Positions 1 through 13,380 of a stretch of 28,233 bases of DNA are shown here, piece by piece; positions within the stretch are counted from its first letter, which is position 1; every line of letters begins with the position of its first letter. The stretch covers positions 1-28,233 of the forward strand of contig NIVC01004230.1 of assembly GCA_002269645.1 (NCBI GenBank), read 5' to 3'. The stretch comes from Macrostomum lignano (lineage: Eukaryota). A program made the position numbers and the translations under genes. Below the pieces are notes generated by a model. It worked only from the letters and a program-made list of their open reading frames with translations, was not told where the DNA came from and ran no database searches.

Positions 1-154
1 TCCTTCGGAGGAGAAAGGGGAAGAACTCCCATCACCGAATTCCATTCCCTGAAATATCCACCAACTGAAATTGCATTTCTTGAACCCTATTTTCCCAATC
101 GTCTCCAAATTCTTTACAAAACCTTTCAAAGACCATGGTCAAAGACTCTCACGT

Positions 155-1310
155 CTCTGATATCTCCTCTCTCCTCTCTTTGCTATTATCGTGACTCTCT
201 TCTCTCTCCTCTCTCTCATCTCATCTCCACCCCTACTCCTTATTTATCTCTTCTCCCTTGTCTTTCGTCTGTACCTTCTCCTGTCTCTTGTCTCCTCTCT
301 TCTCTCATATCTCTCCTCTTCACTTCTGTCTCCTGTATCCTCTCTTCGCTCTATCTCTTCCTCTTCTCTTCTCTCTCATGTCATCTCTACTCACTTGTCT
401 ATCGTCTCTCTTAACCTCTCTTTCTTCTCTTTTCTCTCCTCTCTGCTCTCATTTTTTCATATCTCATATACGCTCTCACACTCTACTTTCTTGTCTCCCA
501 TCCTTCTTTCTCCTTTCCACTATCCCCTGTCTCTGTCTTCTCTCTTTTCTATCCTCTCGCATTCTCTCTTCTCTCCTCTCCTGTGCTCCTTTCATCTTCT
601 CCCCTCTCTTCTCTCCTCTCCTTGCTCCTTTCATCTTCTCCCCTCTCTTCTCTAAATCTCTAATCTCTTCTCTGTTATGTCCTCACTCATCTCTTCTCAT
701 CGCATCTCTCATCCCTCCTCTCCTCACTACTTTCCTCTCTTAACTCTCTCATCTCTGATCTTTCATCTCTCTCCTCTCTCCTCTCTCTCTTCTCCTTTCG
801 CTTCTCTCTCCTCTCTCTCCTTCTCATCTCTACTACCTTATTTATATCTTCTCCCTGATCTTCGTCTCTACTCTCTCCTGTCTCCTTCCTCCCCTCTTTT
901 CTCCTCTCTTCTCTCTCTCCCTCCTCTCTCATCTCTCATCCTTCATCTCACTCTTTCTTTCTCCTCTACTTTCCCCTCTCTTCTATTTTCTCTGTACGCT
1001 CTTATCCCTCATCTATTCTCTATCCTATCATCTCTCTTGTCTCTCTCTGTTATCTCATATCTCCCCTCTCATCTCCCTATCTCGCTTTTCTCTTCTCCCT
1101 CCTTTGTTCCGGCCTTACTCCCCTCTTCTCTCCCATCGTTTAGCGGAATGGGCGTTCGCGCCTTCCCGCTGCTGTGTCCCCCGGGACAGCCCTGCAGCTA
1201 AGTCTCCCATCTGTCATGTCTAATCTCTCCACTCATTTCTACTCTGTTTTCTATCATCTCATCTCTCTTCTCTTTTCATTCTTCTCTTTACTCTCTTCTC
1301 TGACTGATTG
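155..1310 (+). repeat. Long CT-rich (polypyrimidine/polypurine) tract of unit A
   Basis: Near-exclusive C/T on plus strand; homologous tracts at ~2715-3755, 5475-6195, 7695-8410, 12855-13130, 14950-15480 and a fragment at ~17245-17400. Confidence 0.95.
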
Positions 1311-1599
1311 AAGATGGCAAATTCATCAAGATCCTCTCCGCAAAGCAGTCCGTGCAACTGAAAACCATCGAAATCCTCTCCTTGAAACTTAATTCCATTA
1401 AAATCGTCTCCATAAAACCGAAATCAATCATAAATTATCTCCGCGAAACAGAAATACTCTCCGTGAAACTGAACACCATCGAAATCCTCTCACGAAACAG
1501 AAATCCTCTCCGTCAAAATTAAAACATTGAAATCGTCTCCGCTAACTGGACTCAATCAATTTTTTTCCGTCAAACAACTTAACACTCCGGATTCATTGG

Positions 1600-1632
1600 T
1601 TAGGGTTAGGGTTAGGGTTAGGGTTAGGGTTA
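1600..1632 (+). repeat. Interstitial telomere-like (TTAGGG)5
   Basis: Five perfect TTAGGG units at 1600-1629. Homologous tracts: 3985-4007, 6580-6618, 8797-8817, 10026-10047, 11653-11668, 13353-13380, 27086-27096. Confidence 0.95.
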
Positions 1633-2557
1633 AAGCTACACATAGCTTCGTGTTAAAAGGCACTGATAAAAATATTGAACTAATTGAATCAATTCATTGC
1701 GCAACCGATTTCACAGTCAGTAAGTATCAGTCTCAGTTAAAGTTATTAAAAACATTGCGCAATCTAAATCAACCCTCCAATACACAGCAGCAGTGAGAAG
1801 TTGAATCCTCCCCCCAACTTTGTCTATTACGTCTCGCAAAACTGAGTACAATTTTTGCAGAAAGTTAAAAGTATGGAAATACTTTTTTAAATGCTGAGCT
1901 TTTTCTTTTCATATTTAAAGCAAACAACTTATATCCCCGAACTCAGCGTTGCAAGATCTTTCCAGCAATATCAGTTTCTCCTATCAAAGTTTAAACTCGA
2001 GGAACATTTAGCGTTTAAAACTGTCTGATTTATAGCATTGAAGTATCGAGTGTACGTTAACTGCCTGCTTGCAAGTTGATGCATTGAATTTCAATGTCCA
2101 ACAAATACACAGGGCTGCCCATTGAAAGGCAGGAAAACTTATCAGTAGCCATATCATTGCGCAATTATCTATACAGTCAGCCAGTGAGCCAGGGTCCAAG
2201 TGTACACACGCAGCCACTGAGAACGCTCCCACCCCCCACTGGAAAGAAAATACACTACAGAGATAGGGAAAAGTTGTGGCGCAATCACTAAAAATTCATG
2301 CATTTTTTCAGCTCCAAGCAGAAAGAGGGGACAATTAAGATTATCAAAGGTCAAGATTCAAGTTTTCTGCTTTTTTGAGGATCTTAGAAATTAAAATTTC
2401 AGAATTAAAATAGCCTATAGCCGACCTCGGATAATTTCCAATCTTCCCATATAAGTTTCAACGCTGAGTTGGCACTATTCAAGGAGGAGTTGTCGAAATG
2501 ACAGACAGACAGACAGACAAACAACACGTCAACTTTAGTATATATAGACGAGTGGAA

Positions 2558-2574
2558 CTCCTCCTTCGGAGGAG
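2558..2574 (-). terminator. Helitron 3' subterminal hairpin (rolling-circle termination signal)
   Basis: Perfect 7-bp stem CTCCTCC/GGAGGAG with GAA loop on the element strand, 9 nt from the 3' end; repeated at each junction. Confidence 0.85.
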
Positions 2575-2977
2575 AAAGGGGAAGAACTCCCATCACCGGA
2601 ATTCCATTCCTGAATTATCCATCAACTGAAATTCCATGTCTTGAACCCATCTTCCAAATCGTCTCCAAATTCTTTACAAACCTTTCAAAGACCATAGCTC
2701 AAAGACTCTTACGTCTCTCATATCTACTCTCTCCTCTCTTCGCTATTATCGTGACTCTCTTCTCTCTCCTCTCTCTCATCTCATCTCTACCCCTACTTCC
2801 TTATTTATCTCTTCTCCCTCGTCTTTCGTCTGTACCCCCTCCTGTCTCCTCTGTTCTCTGTTCTATCACATCTCTATTCTTCACTTCTGTCTCCTGTCTC
2901 CTCTCTTCTCTCTTATCTCTCCTTCTTCTCTTCTCTCTCATATGTCATCTCTACTCACTTATCTATCGTCTCTCTTA

Positions 2978-2979
<2 letters not shown>

Positions 2980-3069
<90 letters not shown>
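2980..3069 (+). repeat. Pure (CT)45 microsatellite
   Basis: Uninterrupted CT dinucleotide run; the same position is only ~(CT)6 in other units. Confidence 0.95.
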
Positions 3070-3071
<2 letters not shown>

Positions 3072-6000
3072 TCTCATTTCTTATATCTCATATACGGTCT
3101 CAGACTCTACTTTCTTGTCTCCCATCTTTCTTTCCTCCTTTCCACTACCCCCCGTCTCTTCTCTTCTCTCTTTTCTAATCTCTAATCTCTTCTCTCTTAT
3201 TTCTCACTCATCTCTTCTCCTCGCATCTCTCATCTCTCCTCTCCTCACTACTTCCCTCTCTTAACTCTCTCATCTCTGATTTTTCATCTCTCTCCTCTCT
3301 CCTCTCGCTCTTTTCCTTTCGCTTCTCTCTCCTCCCTCTCCTCTCATCTCTACTACTTTATTTATATCTTCTCCCTCGTCTTTCGTCTCTACTCTCGTCT
3401 GTCTCCTTTCTCCCCTTTTTTCTCCTCTTTTCTCTCTTCTCTCTCCGCTCCTCTCTCATCTCTCATCCCTCATCTCACTCTTTCTTTCTCCTCTACTCTC
3501 CCTCTCTTCTATTTCCTCTGTACGCTCTTATCCTTCATCTATTCTCTCTCCTATTATCTCTCTTGTCTCCCTTTGCTATCTCATATATCCACTCTTATCT
3601 CCTCTCTCCTCTTCGCTTTTCTGTCCTTCGTTCCCGCCTTAATCCCTCTTCTCTCCATCTGTCATGTCTAATCTCTCCACTCATTTCTACTCTGTTTTCT
3701 ACCATCTCATATCTCTTCTCTTTTCATTCTTCTTTTTATTCTCTTCTCTGACTGATTGAAGATGCCAAATCAATCAAGATCCTCTCCGCGAAGCAGAAAT
3801 CCTGTCCGTGCAACTGAAAACCATCGAAATCCTCTCCGTGAAACTGAAGAGAATCGAAATCCTCTCCGCGAAACAGAAATCCTCTCCGTGAAACTGAAAA
3901 CCATCGAAATTCTTTCTTTTAAACTGGACTCAATCGAAATTTTCTCCGTCAAAAAGAATAAATATCAGGATTCATTGGTTATTGTTAAGGGTTAGGGTTA
4001 GGGTTAGAGCTACACACAGCTGCGTGTTCAAATAAAAAATGAACCAATTGAATCAATTGATTGCGCAACCGATTTCACAGTCAGTCAGTATCAGTCTCAG
4101 TTAAAGTTAGCAAAAAAATTGCGCAATCTAAATCAACCCTCCAGTACACAGAGACCGACCCCTTTTCAATACGCAGTGGCAGTTAGAAATTGAACCTCAA
4201 ACTTTTGGGGGCATTGAACAAAAAAATGAGTACAATCTTTGCATAAAGCTAAAAGTATGGAAATGGTTTTTTGAAACATTTTATATCCTCGAACTCAGCG
4301 TTGCAAGATCTTTTCAGCAGTATAAGTCTCTTCTCTTAAAGTTTAGAACTCGAAGAGCAGTTAGCGTTTGAAAGTTCCCGTTTTAAAGCATTGAAATGTC
4401 GCGTGTACGTTCACTGCCTGCCAAAGAGGCTCGCAAGTTTATTCATTTACTACACAGGCCGGCTATTACACAGGGCAGCCTATTGAAAGGCACAGATAAT
4501 AAAACAAAATTGATGGCGCAACTGATTTCACAGTATGTCAGTATCAGTCTCAGTTACAGTTAACAAAAAGATTGCGCAATCTAAATCAACCCTCCAATAC
4601 ACAGCGCCCGACCGCCTTCCACTACGCAGTGGCAATTAGCAATTGAACCCCCCAAATTTATCTCTGACCTATCGCAAAAATAAGTACAATCTTTGCAGCA
4701 AGTTAAAAGTAAAAGTAATAAAATCGTTTTTTGAATGCTGTGCTTTTAATTTTTACAGTTAAAGCAAACAACTTATATCCCTGAACTCAGCGTTGCAAGA
4801 TCTTTCCAGCAATATAAGTCTCTCCTCTCAAAGTTCAAAAATCGAGCAACAGTTAGCATTTGAAACTTTCTGATTTAAAGCATTGAAATATCGAGTGTAC
4901 GTTCACTGCCTGCTAGAGAGGCTCGCAAATTGATGCATTGAATTTCACTGTCCGCCAGTTAGCTAGGGTCCAAGTGTACACACGCCGCCACTGAGAACGC
5001 TCCTATCCCCCCACTGGAGAGAAAATACACTGCCAAGTTAGCAAAATTTTATGGCGCAATCACTTAAAATTCATGCAAATTTTCAGCTCCAAGCAGAAAG
5101 AGGGGACAATTAAGATTATCAAAGGTCAAGACCGCCGTTTTCTGCTTTTTTGAGGATCTTAGAAATTAAAATTTCAGAATTAAAATAGCCTATAGCCGAC
5201 CTCGGATAATTTCCAATCTTCCCATATAAGTTTCAACGCTGAGTTGCACTATTCAAGGAGGAGTTGTCGAAATGACACACACACAGACAGACAAACAACA
5301 CGTCAACTTTAGTATATACGAGTGGAACTCCTCCTTCGGAGGAGAAAGGGGAAGAACTCCCATCACCGGAATTCTATTCCCTGAAATATCCATCAACTGA
5401 AATTCCATGTCTTTAACCCTATCTTCCAAATCGTCTCCAAATTCTTTACAAAATCTTTCAAAGACCATAGCTCAAAGACTCTCAAGTCTCTCATATCTCC
5501 TCTCTCCTCTCTCTCATCTCATCTCTACCCCTGCTCCTTATTTATCTCTTCTCCCTCGTCTTTCGTCTGTACCTTCTCCTGTCTTCTGTCTCCTCTCTTC
5601 ACTCTTATCTCTCCCTCTTCTCTCCTCTCTCATATGTCATCTCTACTCACTTATCTATCGTCTCTCTTAACCCTCTCTCTCTCTTCTCTTTTCTCTTCTC
5701 TCTGCTCTCATTTCTCATATTTCATATACGCTCTGACACTACTTTCTTGTCTCCCATCTTTCTTCCTCCTTTTCACTATCCCCTGTCTCTTCTCTTCTCT
5801 CTTTTCTATTCTCTCCATTCTCTCTTTTCTCCTTTCCTTGCTCCTTTCATCTCTCTCCTCTCTCCTCACTCTCTTCTCCTTTCGCTTCTCTCTCCTCTCT
5901 CTCCTCTCATCTTTACTACCTTATTTATATCTTCTCCTAGTCTTTCGTCTGTACTCTCTCCTGTCTCCTCTCTCCCCTGCTCTCTCATCCCTCATCTCCT

Positions 6001-6219
6001 CATCTCACTCTTTCTTTCTCCTCTACTCTCCCCTCTCTTCTATTGCCTCTGTACGCTCTTATCCCTCATCTATTCTCTCTCCTATCATCTCCAATCTGTC
6101 ATGTCTAATCTCTCCACTCAATTATACTCTGTTTTCTATCATCTCTTCTCTCTTCTCTTTTCAGTCTTCTCTTTACTCTCTTCTCTGACTGATTGAAGAT
6201 GCCAAATCCATCAAGATCC

Positions 6220-6520
6220 TCTCCGCGAAGCAAAAATCCTGTCTGTGCAACTAAAAACCATCGAAATCCTCTCAGTGAAACTGGACTCCTTCGAAATCCT
6301 CTCCTTGAAACTTAAATCCATCAAAATTGTTTCCATAAAACAGAAATCAATCATAAATTATCTCCGCGAAACAGAAAGCCTCTCCGTGAAGCTGAACATG
6401 ATCGAAATCCTCTCCGTGAAACTGAACACTATGGAAATCCTTTCGTGAAACTGAACACCATCGAAATCCTCTCCACGAAACAGAAATCTTCTCCGTCAGA
6501 ATTTAAACATTGAAATCGTC
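6220..6520 (+). repeat. ~30-bp minisatellite (gaaatcctctccgtgaaactgaacaccatc and variants)
   Basis: Degenerate tandem copies in every unit (~1330-1545, 3775-3950, 8435-8740, 9855-9990, 11520-11610, 13150-13300) and in both arms of the large element (~15490-15610, ~27013-27055). Confidence 0.85.
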
Positions 6521-6579
6521 TCCGCTAAACTTGACTTAATCGATTTTTTTCCGTCAAACAACTCAACTCGCCAGATTCA

Positions 6580-6618
6580 TTAGGGTTAGGGTTAGGTTAG
6601 GGTTAGGGTTAGGGTTAG
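6580..6618 (+). repeat. Interstitial telomere-like tract (5 TTAGGG + 1 TTAGG)
   Basis: Direct reading of sequence. Confidence 0.95.
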
Positions 6619-7537
6619 AACTACGCACAGCTTCGTGTTAAAAGGCACAGATAAAAATATTGAACTAATTGAATCAATTCATTGCGCAACCGATTTCACA
6701 GTCAGTCAGTATCAGCCTCAGGTAAAGTTAACAAAAACATTGCGCAATCTAAATCAACCCTCCAATACACAGCAGCAGTGAGAAGTTGAACCCTCCCCCC
6801 AACAATCTTTGCAGATTAAAGTACAATCTTTGCAGAAAGTTAAAAGTATGGAAATCGTTTTTCAAATGCTGTGCTTTTTCTTTTCATATTTAAAGCAAAC
6901 AACTTATATCCCCGAACTCAGCGTTGCAAGATCTTGCCAGCAATATAAGTTTCTCCTCTCAAAGTTTAAAACTCGAGGAACAGTTAGCGTTTGAAACTGT
7001 CTGATTTATAGCATTGAAGTATCGAGTGTACGTTCACTGCCTGCTTGCAAGTTGATGCATTGAATTTCAATGTCCAACAAATACACAGGACTGCCCATTG
7101 AAAGGCAGGAAAACTTATCAGTAGCCATATCATTGCGCAATTATCTATAAAGTCAGCCAGTGAGCCAGGGTCCAAGTGTACACACGCAGCCACTGAGAAC
7201 GCTCCCACCCCCACTGGAAAGAAAATACACTACAGAGATAGGGAAAGTTGTGGCGCAATCACTAAAAATTCATGCATTTTTCAGCTCCAAGCAGAAAGAG
7301 GGGACAATTAAGATTATCAAAGGTCAAGATTCAAGTTTTCTGCTTTTTTGAGGATCTTAGAAATTAAAATTTCAGAATTAAAATAGCCTATAGCCGACCT
7401 CGGATAATTTCCAATCTTCCCATATAAGTTTCAACGCTGAGTTGGCACTATTCAAGGAGGAGTTGTCGAAATGACAGACAGACATACAGACAGACATACA
7501 GACAGACAAACAACGCGTCAACTTTAGTATATATAGA

Positions 7538-9762
7538 CGAGTGGAACTCCTCCTTCGGAGGAGAAAGGGGAAGAACTCCCATCACCGGAATTCTATTCCC
7601 TGAAATATCCATCAACTGAAATTCCATGTCTTTAACCCTATCTTCCAAATCGTCTCCAAATTCTTTACAAAATCTTTCAAAGACCATTGCTCAAAGACTC
7701 TCAAGTCTCTCCTATCTCCTCTCTCCTCTCTCTCATCTCATCTCTACCCCTGCTCCCTTATTTATCTCTTCTCCCTCGTCTTTCGTCTGTACTTTCTCCT
7801 GTCTTCTGTCTCCTCTCTTCACTCTTATCTCTCCCTCTTCTCTCCTCTCTCATATGTCATCTCTACTCATTTATCTATCGTCTCTCTTAACCCTCTCTCT
7901 CTCTTCTCTTTTCTCTTCTCTCTGCTCTCATTTCTCATATTTCATATACGCTCTGACACTACTTTCTTGTCTCCCATCTTTCTTCCTCCTTTTCACTATC
8001 CCCAGTCTCTTCTCTTCTCTCTTTTCTATTCTCTCCATTCTCTCTTTTCTCCTTTCCTTGCTCCTTTCATCTCTCTCCTCTCTCCTCACTCTCTTCTCCT
8101 TTCGCTTCTCTCTCCTCTCTCTCCTCTCATCTTTACTACCTTATTTATATCTTCTCCCCAGTCTTTCGTCTGTACTCTCTCCTGTCTCCTCTCTCCCCTG
8201 CTCTCTCATCCCTCATCTCCTCATCTCACTCTTTCTTTCTCCTCTACTCTCCCCTCTCTTCTATTGCCTCTGTACGCTCTTATCCCTCATCTATTCTCTC
8301 TCCTATCATCTCCAATCTGTCATGTCTAATCTCTCCACTCAATTATACTCTGTTTTCTATCATCTCTTCTCTTCTCTTTTCATTCTTCTCTTTACTCTCT
8401 TCTCTGACTGATTGAAGATGCCAAATTCATCAAGATCCTCTCCGCGAAGCAGAAATCCTGTCGTGCAACTGAAAACCATCGAAATCCTCTCGTGAAACTG
8501 GACTCCTTCGAAATCCTCTCCTTGAAACTTAAATCCATCAAAATAGTCTCCATAAAACAGAAATCAATCATAAATTATCTCCGCGAAACAGAAATCCTCT
8601 CCGTGAAGCTGAACATCATCGAAATCCTCTCCGTGAAACTGAACACCATCGAAATCCTTTCGAAACTGAAAACCATCGAAATCCTCTCCACGAAACAGAA
8701 ATCTCTCCGTCAAATTAAAACATTGAAATCGTCTCCGCTAAACTGACTTAATCGAATTTTTTCCGTCAAACAACTCAACTCTTCGGATTCATTGGTTTAG
8801 GTTAGGGTTAGGGTTAGAACTACGCACAGCTTCGTGTTAAAAGGCACTGATAAACTATTGAACTAATTGAATCAATTCATTGCGCTACCGATTTCACAGT
8901 CAGTCAGTCAGTATCAGTCGCAGTTAAAGTTAACAAAAACATTGCGCAATCTAAATCAACACTCCAATACACAGCAGCAGTGAGAAGTTGAACCCTCCCC
9001 CAACTTTATCTATTACGTCTCGCAAAACTGAGTACGATTTTTGCAGAAAGTTAAAAGTATGGAAATAGTTTTTTAAATGCTGTGCTTTTTCTTTTCATAT
9101 TTAAAGCAAACAACTTACATCCCCGAACTCAGCGTTGCAAGATCTTTCCAGCAATATAAGTTTCTCCTCTCAAAGTTTAAAACTCGAGGAACAGTTAGCG
9201 TTTGAAACTGTATGATTTATAGCATTAAAGTATCGAGTGTACGTTCACTGCCTGCTTGCAAGTTGATGCATTGAATTTCAATGTCCAACAAATACACAGG
9301 GCTGCCCATTGAAAGGCAGGAAAACTTATCAGTAGCCATATCATTGCGCAATTATCTATACAGTCAGCCAGTGAGCCAGGGTCCAAGTGTACACACGCAG
9401 CCACTGAGAACGCTCCCACCCCCCACTGGAAAGAAAATACACTACAGAGATAGGGAAAAGTTGTAGCGCAATCACTAAAAATTCATGCATTTTTTCAGCT
9501 CCAAGCAGAAAGAGGGGACAATTAAGATTATCAAAGGTCAAGATTCAAGTTTTCTGCTTTTTTGAGGATCTTAGAAATTAAAATTTCAGAATTAAAATTG
9601 CCTATAGCCGACCTCGGATAATTTCCAATCTTCCCATATAAGTTTCAACGCTGAGTTGCCACTATTCAAGGAGGAGTTGTCGAAATGACAGACACACAGA
9701 CAGACAGACAGACAAACAACACGTCAACTTTAGTATTAATAGATAGATAGATAGATAGAAGA
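7538..9762 (-). mobile_element. Non-autonomous Helitron unit D (2225 bp; very similar to unit C)
   Basis: 3' CTCG 7538-7541, hairpin 7547-7563; 5' TC at 9762 followed by (CTAT)n. Confidence 0.85.
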
Positions 9763-11394
9763 CGAGGCCAACTCCTCCTTCGGAGAAGAAAGGGGAAGAC
9801 CTCCAATCAGCGGAATTCCATTCCCTGAACTCCATCAGCGGAATCCCATTTTCCAACACCTCTCCGCGCAACAGAAATCGTCTCCGTGAAACTGAACACT
9901 ATCGAAATCCTCTCCGTGAAACTGAACACCATCGAAATATTCTCCGCGAAATAGAAATCCTCTCCGTGAAACTGGATTAAATCGAAATTTCTACGTCAAA
10001 CAGCCCAGCTCTCAGAATTCATTGGTTAAGGTTAGGGTTAGGGTTAGAGCTACACACAGCTGCGTGTTGAAAGACGCCGTAAAAACATTGAACCAATTAA
10101 ATTGCGCAACTTATTTCTCAGGCAGTCAGTATCAGCCTCAGTTAAAGTTAACAAAAAGATTGCGCAATCTAAATCAACCCTCAAATACACAGCAACCGAC
10201 CCCCCTTCCAATACGCAGTGCAGCTAGAAATTGAACCCCCCCCTCACCAACTATTGGGGGTCGGTCGAACCCCCATTGAACTCCAAAATGAGAACAATCT
10301 TTGCAGAAAGCTAAAAGTATGAAAATCTTTTCTTGAATGCTGTGAATTTAATTTTCATATTTAAAGCAAAAAACTTATATCCCGAACTCATCGCAGCAAG
10401 ATCTTTCCAGCAATATAAGTCTCTCCTCTCTAAGTTCAAAACTCGAGCAACAGTTAGTGTTTGAAACTTTCTGATTTTAAGCATTGAAATATCGAGTGTA
10501 CGTTCACTGGCTGCAACAGTGAATTGCAATTGTCTATACAGTCAGCCCGTGCGCCAAGGTCCAAGTGCACACGAAATGATTGCGCAATCTAAATCAACCC
10601 TCCAATACACAGCGACTGACCCCCTTCCGCAGTGGCAATTAAAAGTTTAACCGCCCCCCCTCCCACCAACTGTTGGGGGGTTGGTCGAACCCCATTGAAC
10701 CCCAAAATGAGTACAATCTTTCCAGAAAGTAAAAAGTATGGAAGTTGTTTTCGATCGCTGTGTTTTTTTCTTTTCACATTTAAAACAAACAACTTATATC
10801 CCCGAACTCAGTGTTGCAAGATCTTTCCAGCAATATAAGTCTATTCTTTTAAAGTTTAGAACTCGAGCAACAGTTAGCGTTTGAAATGTCCCGATTTAAA
10901 GCATTGAAGTATCGAGTGTACGTTCACCTGCCTGCTAAAAAGGCTCGCATGTTGATGCATTGAATTTCAGTGTGCAAAAAATACACCGGGCTGCCTAATT
11001 GAAAATCAGAGCACGTATCGTTGCGCAATTGTCTATACAGTCAGCCCGTGCGCCAAGGTCCAAGTGTACACACGCCGCCACTGAGAACGCAGCACCCCCA
11101 CTGGAGAGAAAATACACTGCAGAGATAGGAGAAAGTTATGGCGCAATCGCTCAAAATTCATGCAAATTTTTAGCTCCAAGCAGAAAGAGGGGACAAATAA
11201 GATTATCAAAGGTCAAGATTGCAGTTTTTTGCTTTTTTCGGGATCTTAAAATGTAAAAATAAAAAATTGAAATAGCCCACTGCCATCCTCGGAAAATTTG
11301 CAGTTTTCCCATATAAGTTTCGACGCTGACTTGCAAGTCGTCTAGGAGGAGATATGTATCACACAGACAAACAACGCACCAGTTTTAGTATTAA
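9763..11394 (-). mobile_element. Non-autonomous Helitron unit E (1632 bp, subfamily 2, no CT tract)
   Basis: 3' end gttggcCTCG at 9763, hairpin 9772-9788 with one mismatch; divergent 5' block (aatagcccactgc). Confidence 0.8.
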
Positions 11395-12697
11395 CGAGGC
11401 CAACTCCTCCGATGGAGGAGAAAGGGGAAGAACTCCCATCACCGGAATTCCATTCCCGAAACCCCTTAGCTGAATCCCATGACCCGAATCCCATCATCAA
11501 AACATCTCCAAATCCATCAAACTCCTCTCCGCGAAACAGAAATCCTCTCCGTGAAACTGAAAACCATCGAAATCCTCTCCGTAAAACTGGACTCAATCGA
11601 AATTTTCTCCGTCAAAAAGAACTTAACTCTCAGGGTTCAGTGCCATCAGTGGTTAGGGTTAGGGTTAGAGCTGCACAGAGCTGCGGGTTGAAAGGCGCCG
11701 ATAAGAATATTGAATTAATTGAATCAATTTATTGCGCAACCGATTTCTCATTTAGTCAGTATCAGGCTCAGGTAAAGTTAACAAAATGATTGCACAATCT
11801 AATTCAACCCTCCAATACACAGTGGCAGTAAGAAGTTGAACCCTCCCCATAACTTTATCTACGCTCGTATTACGTCTAGCGAAACTAAGTGCAATCTTTG
11901 CAGAAAGTTATAAGTTCGGAAATAGTTTTTTAATGCCGTCCTTTTGTTTTCATATTTAAAGCAAACAACTTATACCTCCAAACTCAGTGTTGCAAGCTCT
12001 TTCCGGCAATATAAGTCTCTTCTCTTAAAGTTTAGAACTCGAGGAGCAGTTAACGTTACAACTTTCCGATTTAAAGCATTGAAATATCGAGTGTACGCTC
12101 ACCGCCTGTTAAAGCGACTCGCAAGTTATGCAATGAATTTCACTGTCCTACATACAATACACAGGGCTTCATATTGAAAGGCAGAACAACTTAACAGTAG
12201 CCAAATCATTGCGCAATCATCTATACAGTGCGCCAGCGAGCCAGGGTCCAATTGTACACACGCAGCCACTTAGAACGCCCCATCCCCCAACTGGAGAGAA
12301 ATGCACTGGCGAGATAGGAGAAAGTTATGGCGCAAGCAATCAAAATTGATGCATTTTATCAGCTCCGAGCAGAAAGAGGGGACAAATAAGATTATCAAAG
12401 GTCAAGATTGCAGTTTTCTGCTTTTTTAGGGATCTTAAAATGTGAAAATAAAAAATTGAAATAGCCCACTGCAGTCCCCGGAAAATTTGCAGTTTACCCA
12501 TATAAGTTTCAACGCTGACTTGCAAGTATTCTAGGAGGAGTTATGCAACACACAAACAAACAGACAAACAAACAAACAATCATCGCACCAACTTTAGTAT
12601 TAGGAGAGAGAAGTTTTAGTATTAAGAGATTGAGCCGTTCGGGAGATAATCGATTGCATACAAGCAAGCAAGCAAGATTTTCATTTTTAGTATATTA
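11395..12697 (-). mobile_element. Non-autonomous Helitron unit F (1303 bp, subfamily 2, stacked 5' ends)
   Basis: 3' gttggcCTCG at 11395, hairpin CTCCTCC-GAT-GGAGGAG 11404-11420 (plus-strand reading); 5' block like unit E plus ~100 bp of extra 5'-end-like sequence. Confidence 0.8.
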
Positions 12698-13352
12698 CGA
12701 GTGGAACTCCTCCTTCGGAGGAGAAAGGGGAAGAACTCCCATCACCGGAATTCCATTCCCTGAAATATCCATCAACTGAAATTGCATGTCTTCAACCCTA
12801 TCTTCCAAATCGTCTCCAAATTCTTTACAAAACCTTTCAAAGACCATAGCTCAAAGACTCTCACGTCTCTCATATCTCCTCTCTCCTCTCTGTTATTATC
12901 GTGACTCTCTTCTCTCTCCTCTCTCTCATCTCTACCCCTACTCCCTTATTTATCTCTTCTCCCTCGTCTTTCGTCTGTACCCTCTCCTGTCTCGTGTCTC
13001 CTCTCTTCTCTTTTATCTCTCCCTCTTCTCTCCTCTCATATCTTATCTCTACTCACTTATCTATCGTCTCTCTAAACCCTCTCTCTCTCTTCTCTTTTCA
13101 TTCTTCTCTTTACTCTCTTCTCTGACTGATTGAAGATGCCAAATCCATCAAGATCCTCTCCGCGAAGCAGAAAAATCCTGTCCGTACAACTGAAAACCAT
13201 CGAAATCCTCTCCGTGAAACTGGACTCCTTCGAAATCCTCTCCACGAAACAGAAATCCTCTCTGTTGAAATTAAAACATTGAAATCGTCTCCGCTATACT
13301 GGACTCAATCGAATTTTTTTCGTCAAACAACTCAACTCTCCGGATTCATTGG

Positions 13353-13380
13353 TTAGGGTTAGGGTTAGGGTTAGGGTTAG
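13353..13380 (+). repeat. Interstitial telomere-like (TTAGGG)4
   Basis: Direct reading of sequence. Confidence 0.95.

Larger units (their letters stand above)
1..2548 (-). mobile_element. Non-autonomous Helitron unit A (3' end cut by window edge)
   Basis: 5' TCtatatatactaaag at 2548; window starts inside the 3' hairpin (tccttcggaggag); same internal modules as other units. Confidence 0.85.
2549..5318 (-). mobile_element. Non-autonomous Helitron unit B (2770 bp, internal ~450-bp duplication)
   Basis: 3' CTCG at 2549-2552, hairpin 2558-2574; 5' end TAtatactaaag at 5318. Confidence 0.85.
5319..7537 (-). mobile_element. Non-autonomous Helitron unit C (2219 bp)
   Basis: 3' CTCG 5319-5322, hairpin 5328-5344; 5' TC at 7537. 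Confidence 0.85.

Noticed and set aside
5253-5468. Recurrent short minus-strand ORF (MVFERFCKEFGDDL...) at unit 3' ends
   Set aside because: Recurs only because the DNA is repeated; it crosses the element junction and start/stop positions vary among units.
6245-8746. ORFs with EILSVKLNTI-type repeats and FDGF-type antisense repeats
   Set aside because: Products of the 30-bp minisatellite; short, frame-variable, no coding context.
1600-13380. True chromosome end or telomere fusion scar
   Set aside because: Tracts are at most 6 units, all in one orientation and embedded at a fixed position inside mobile units.
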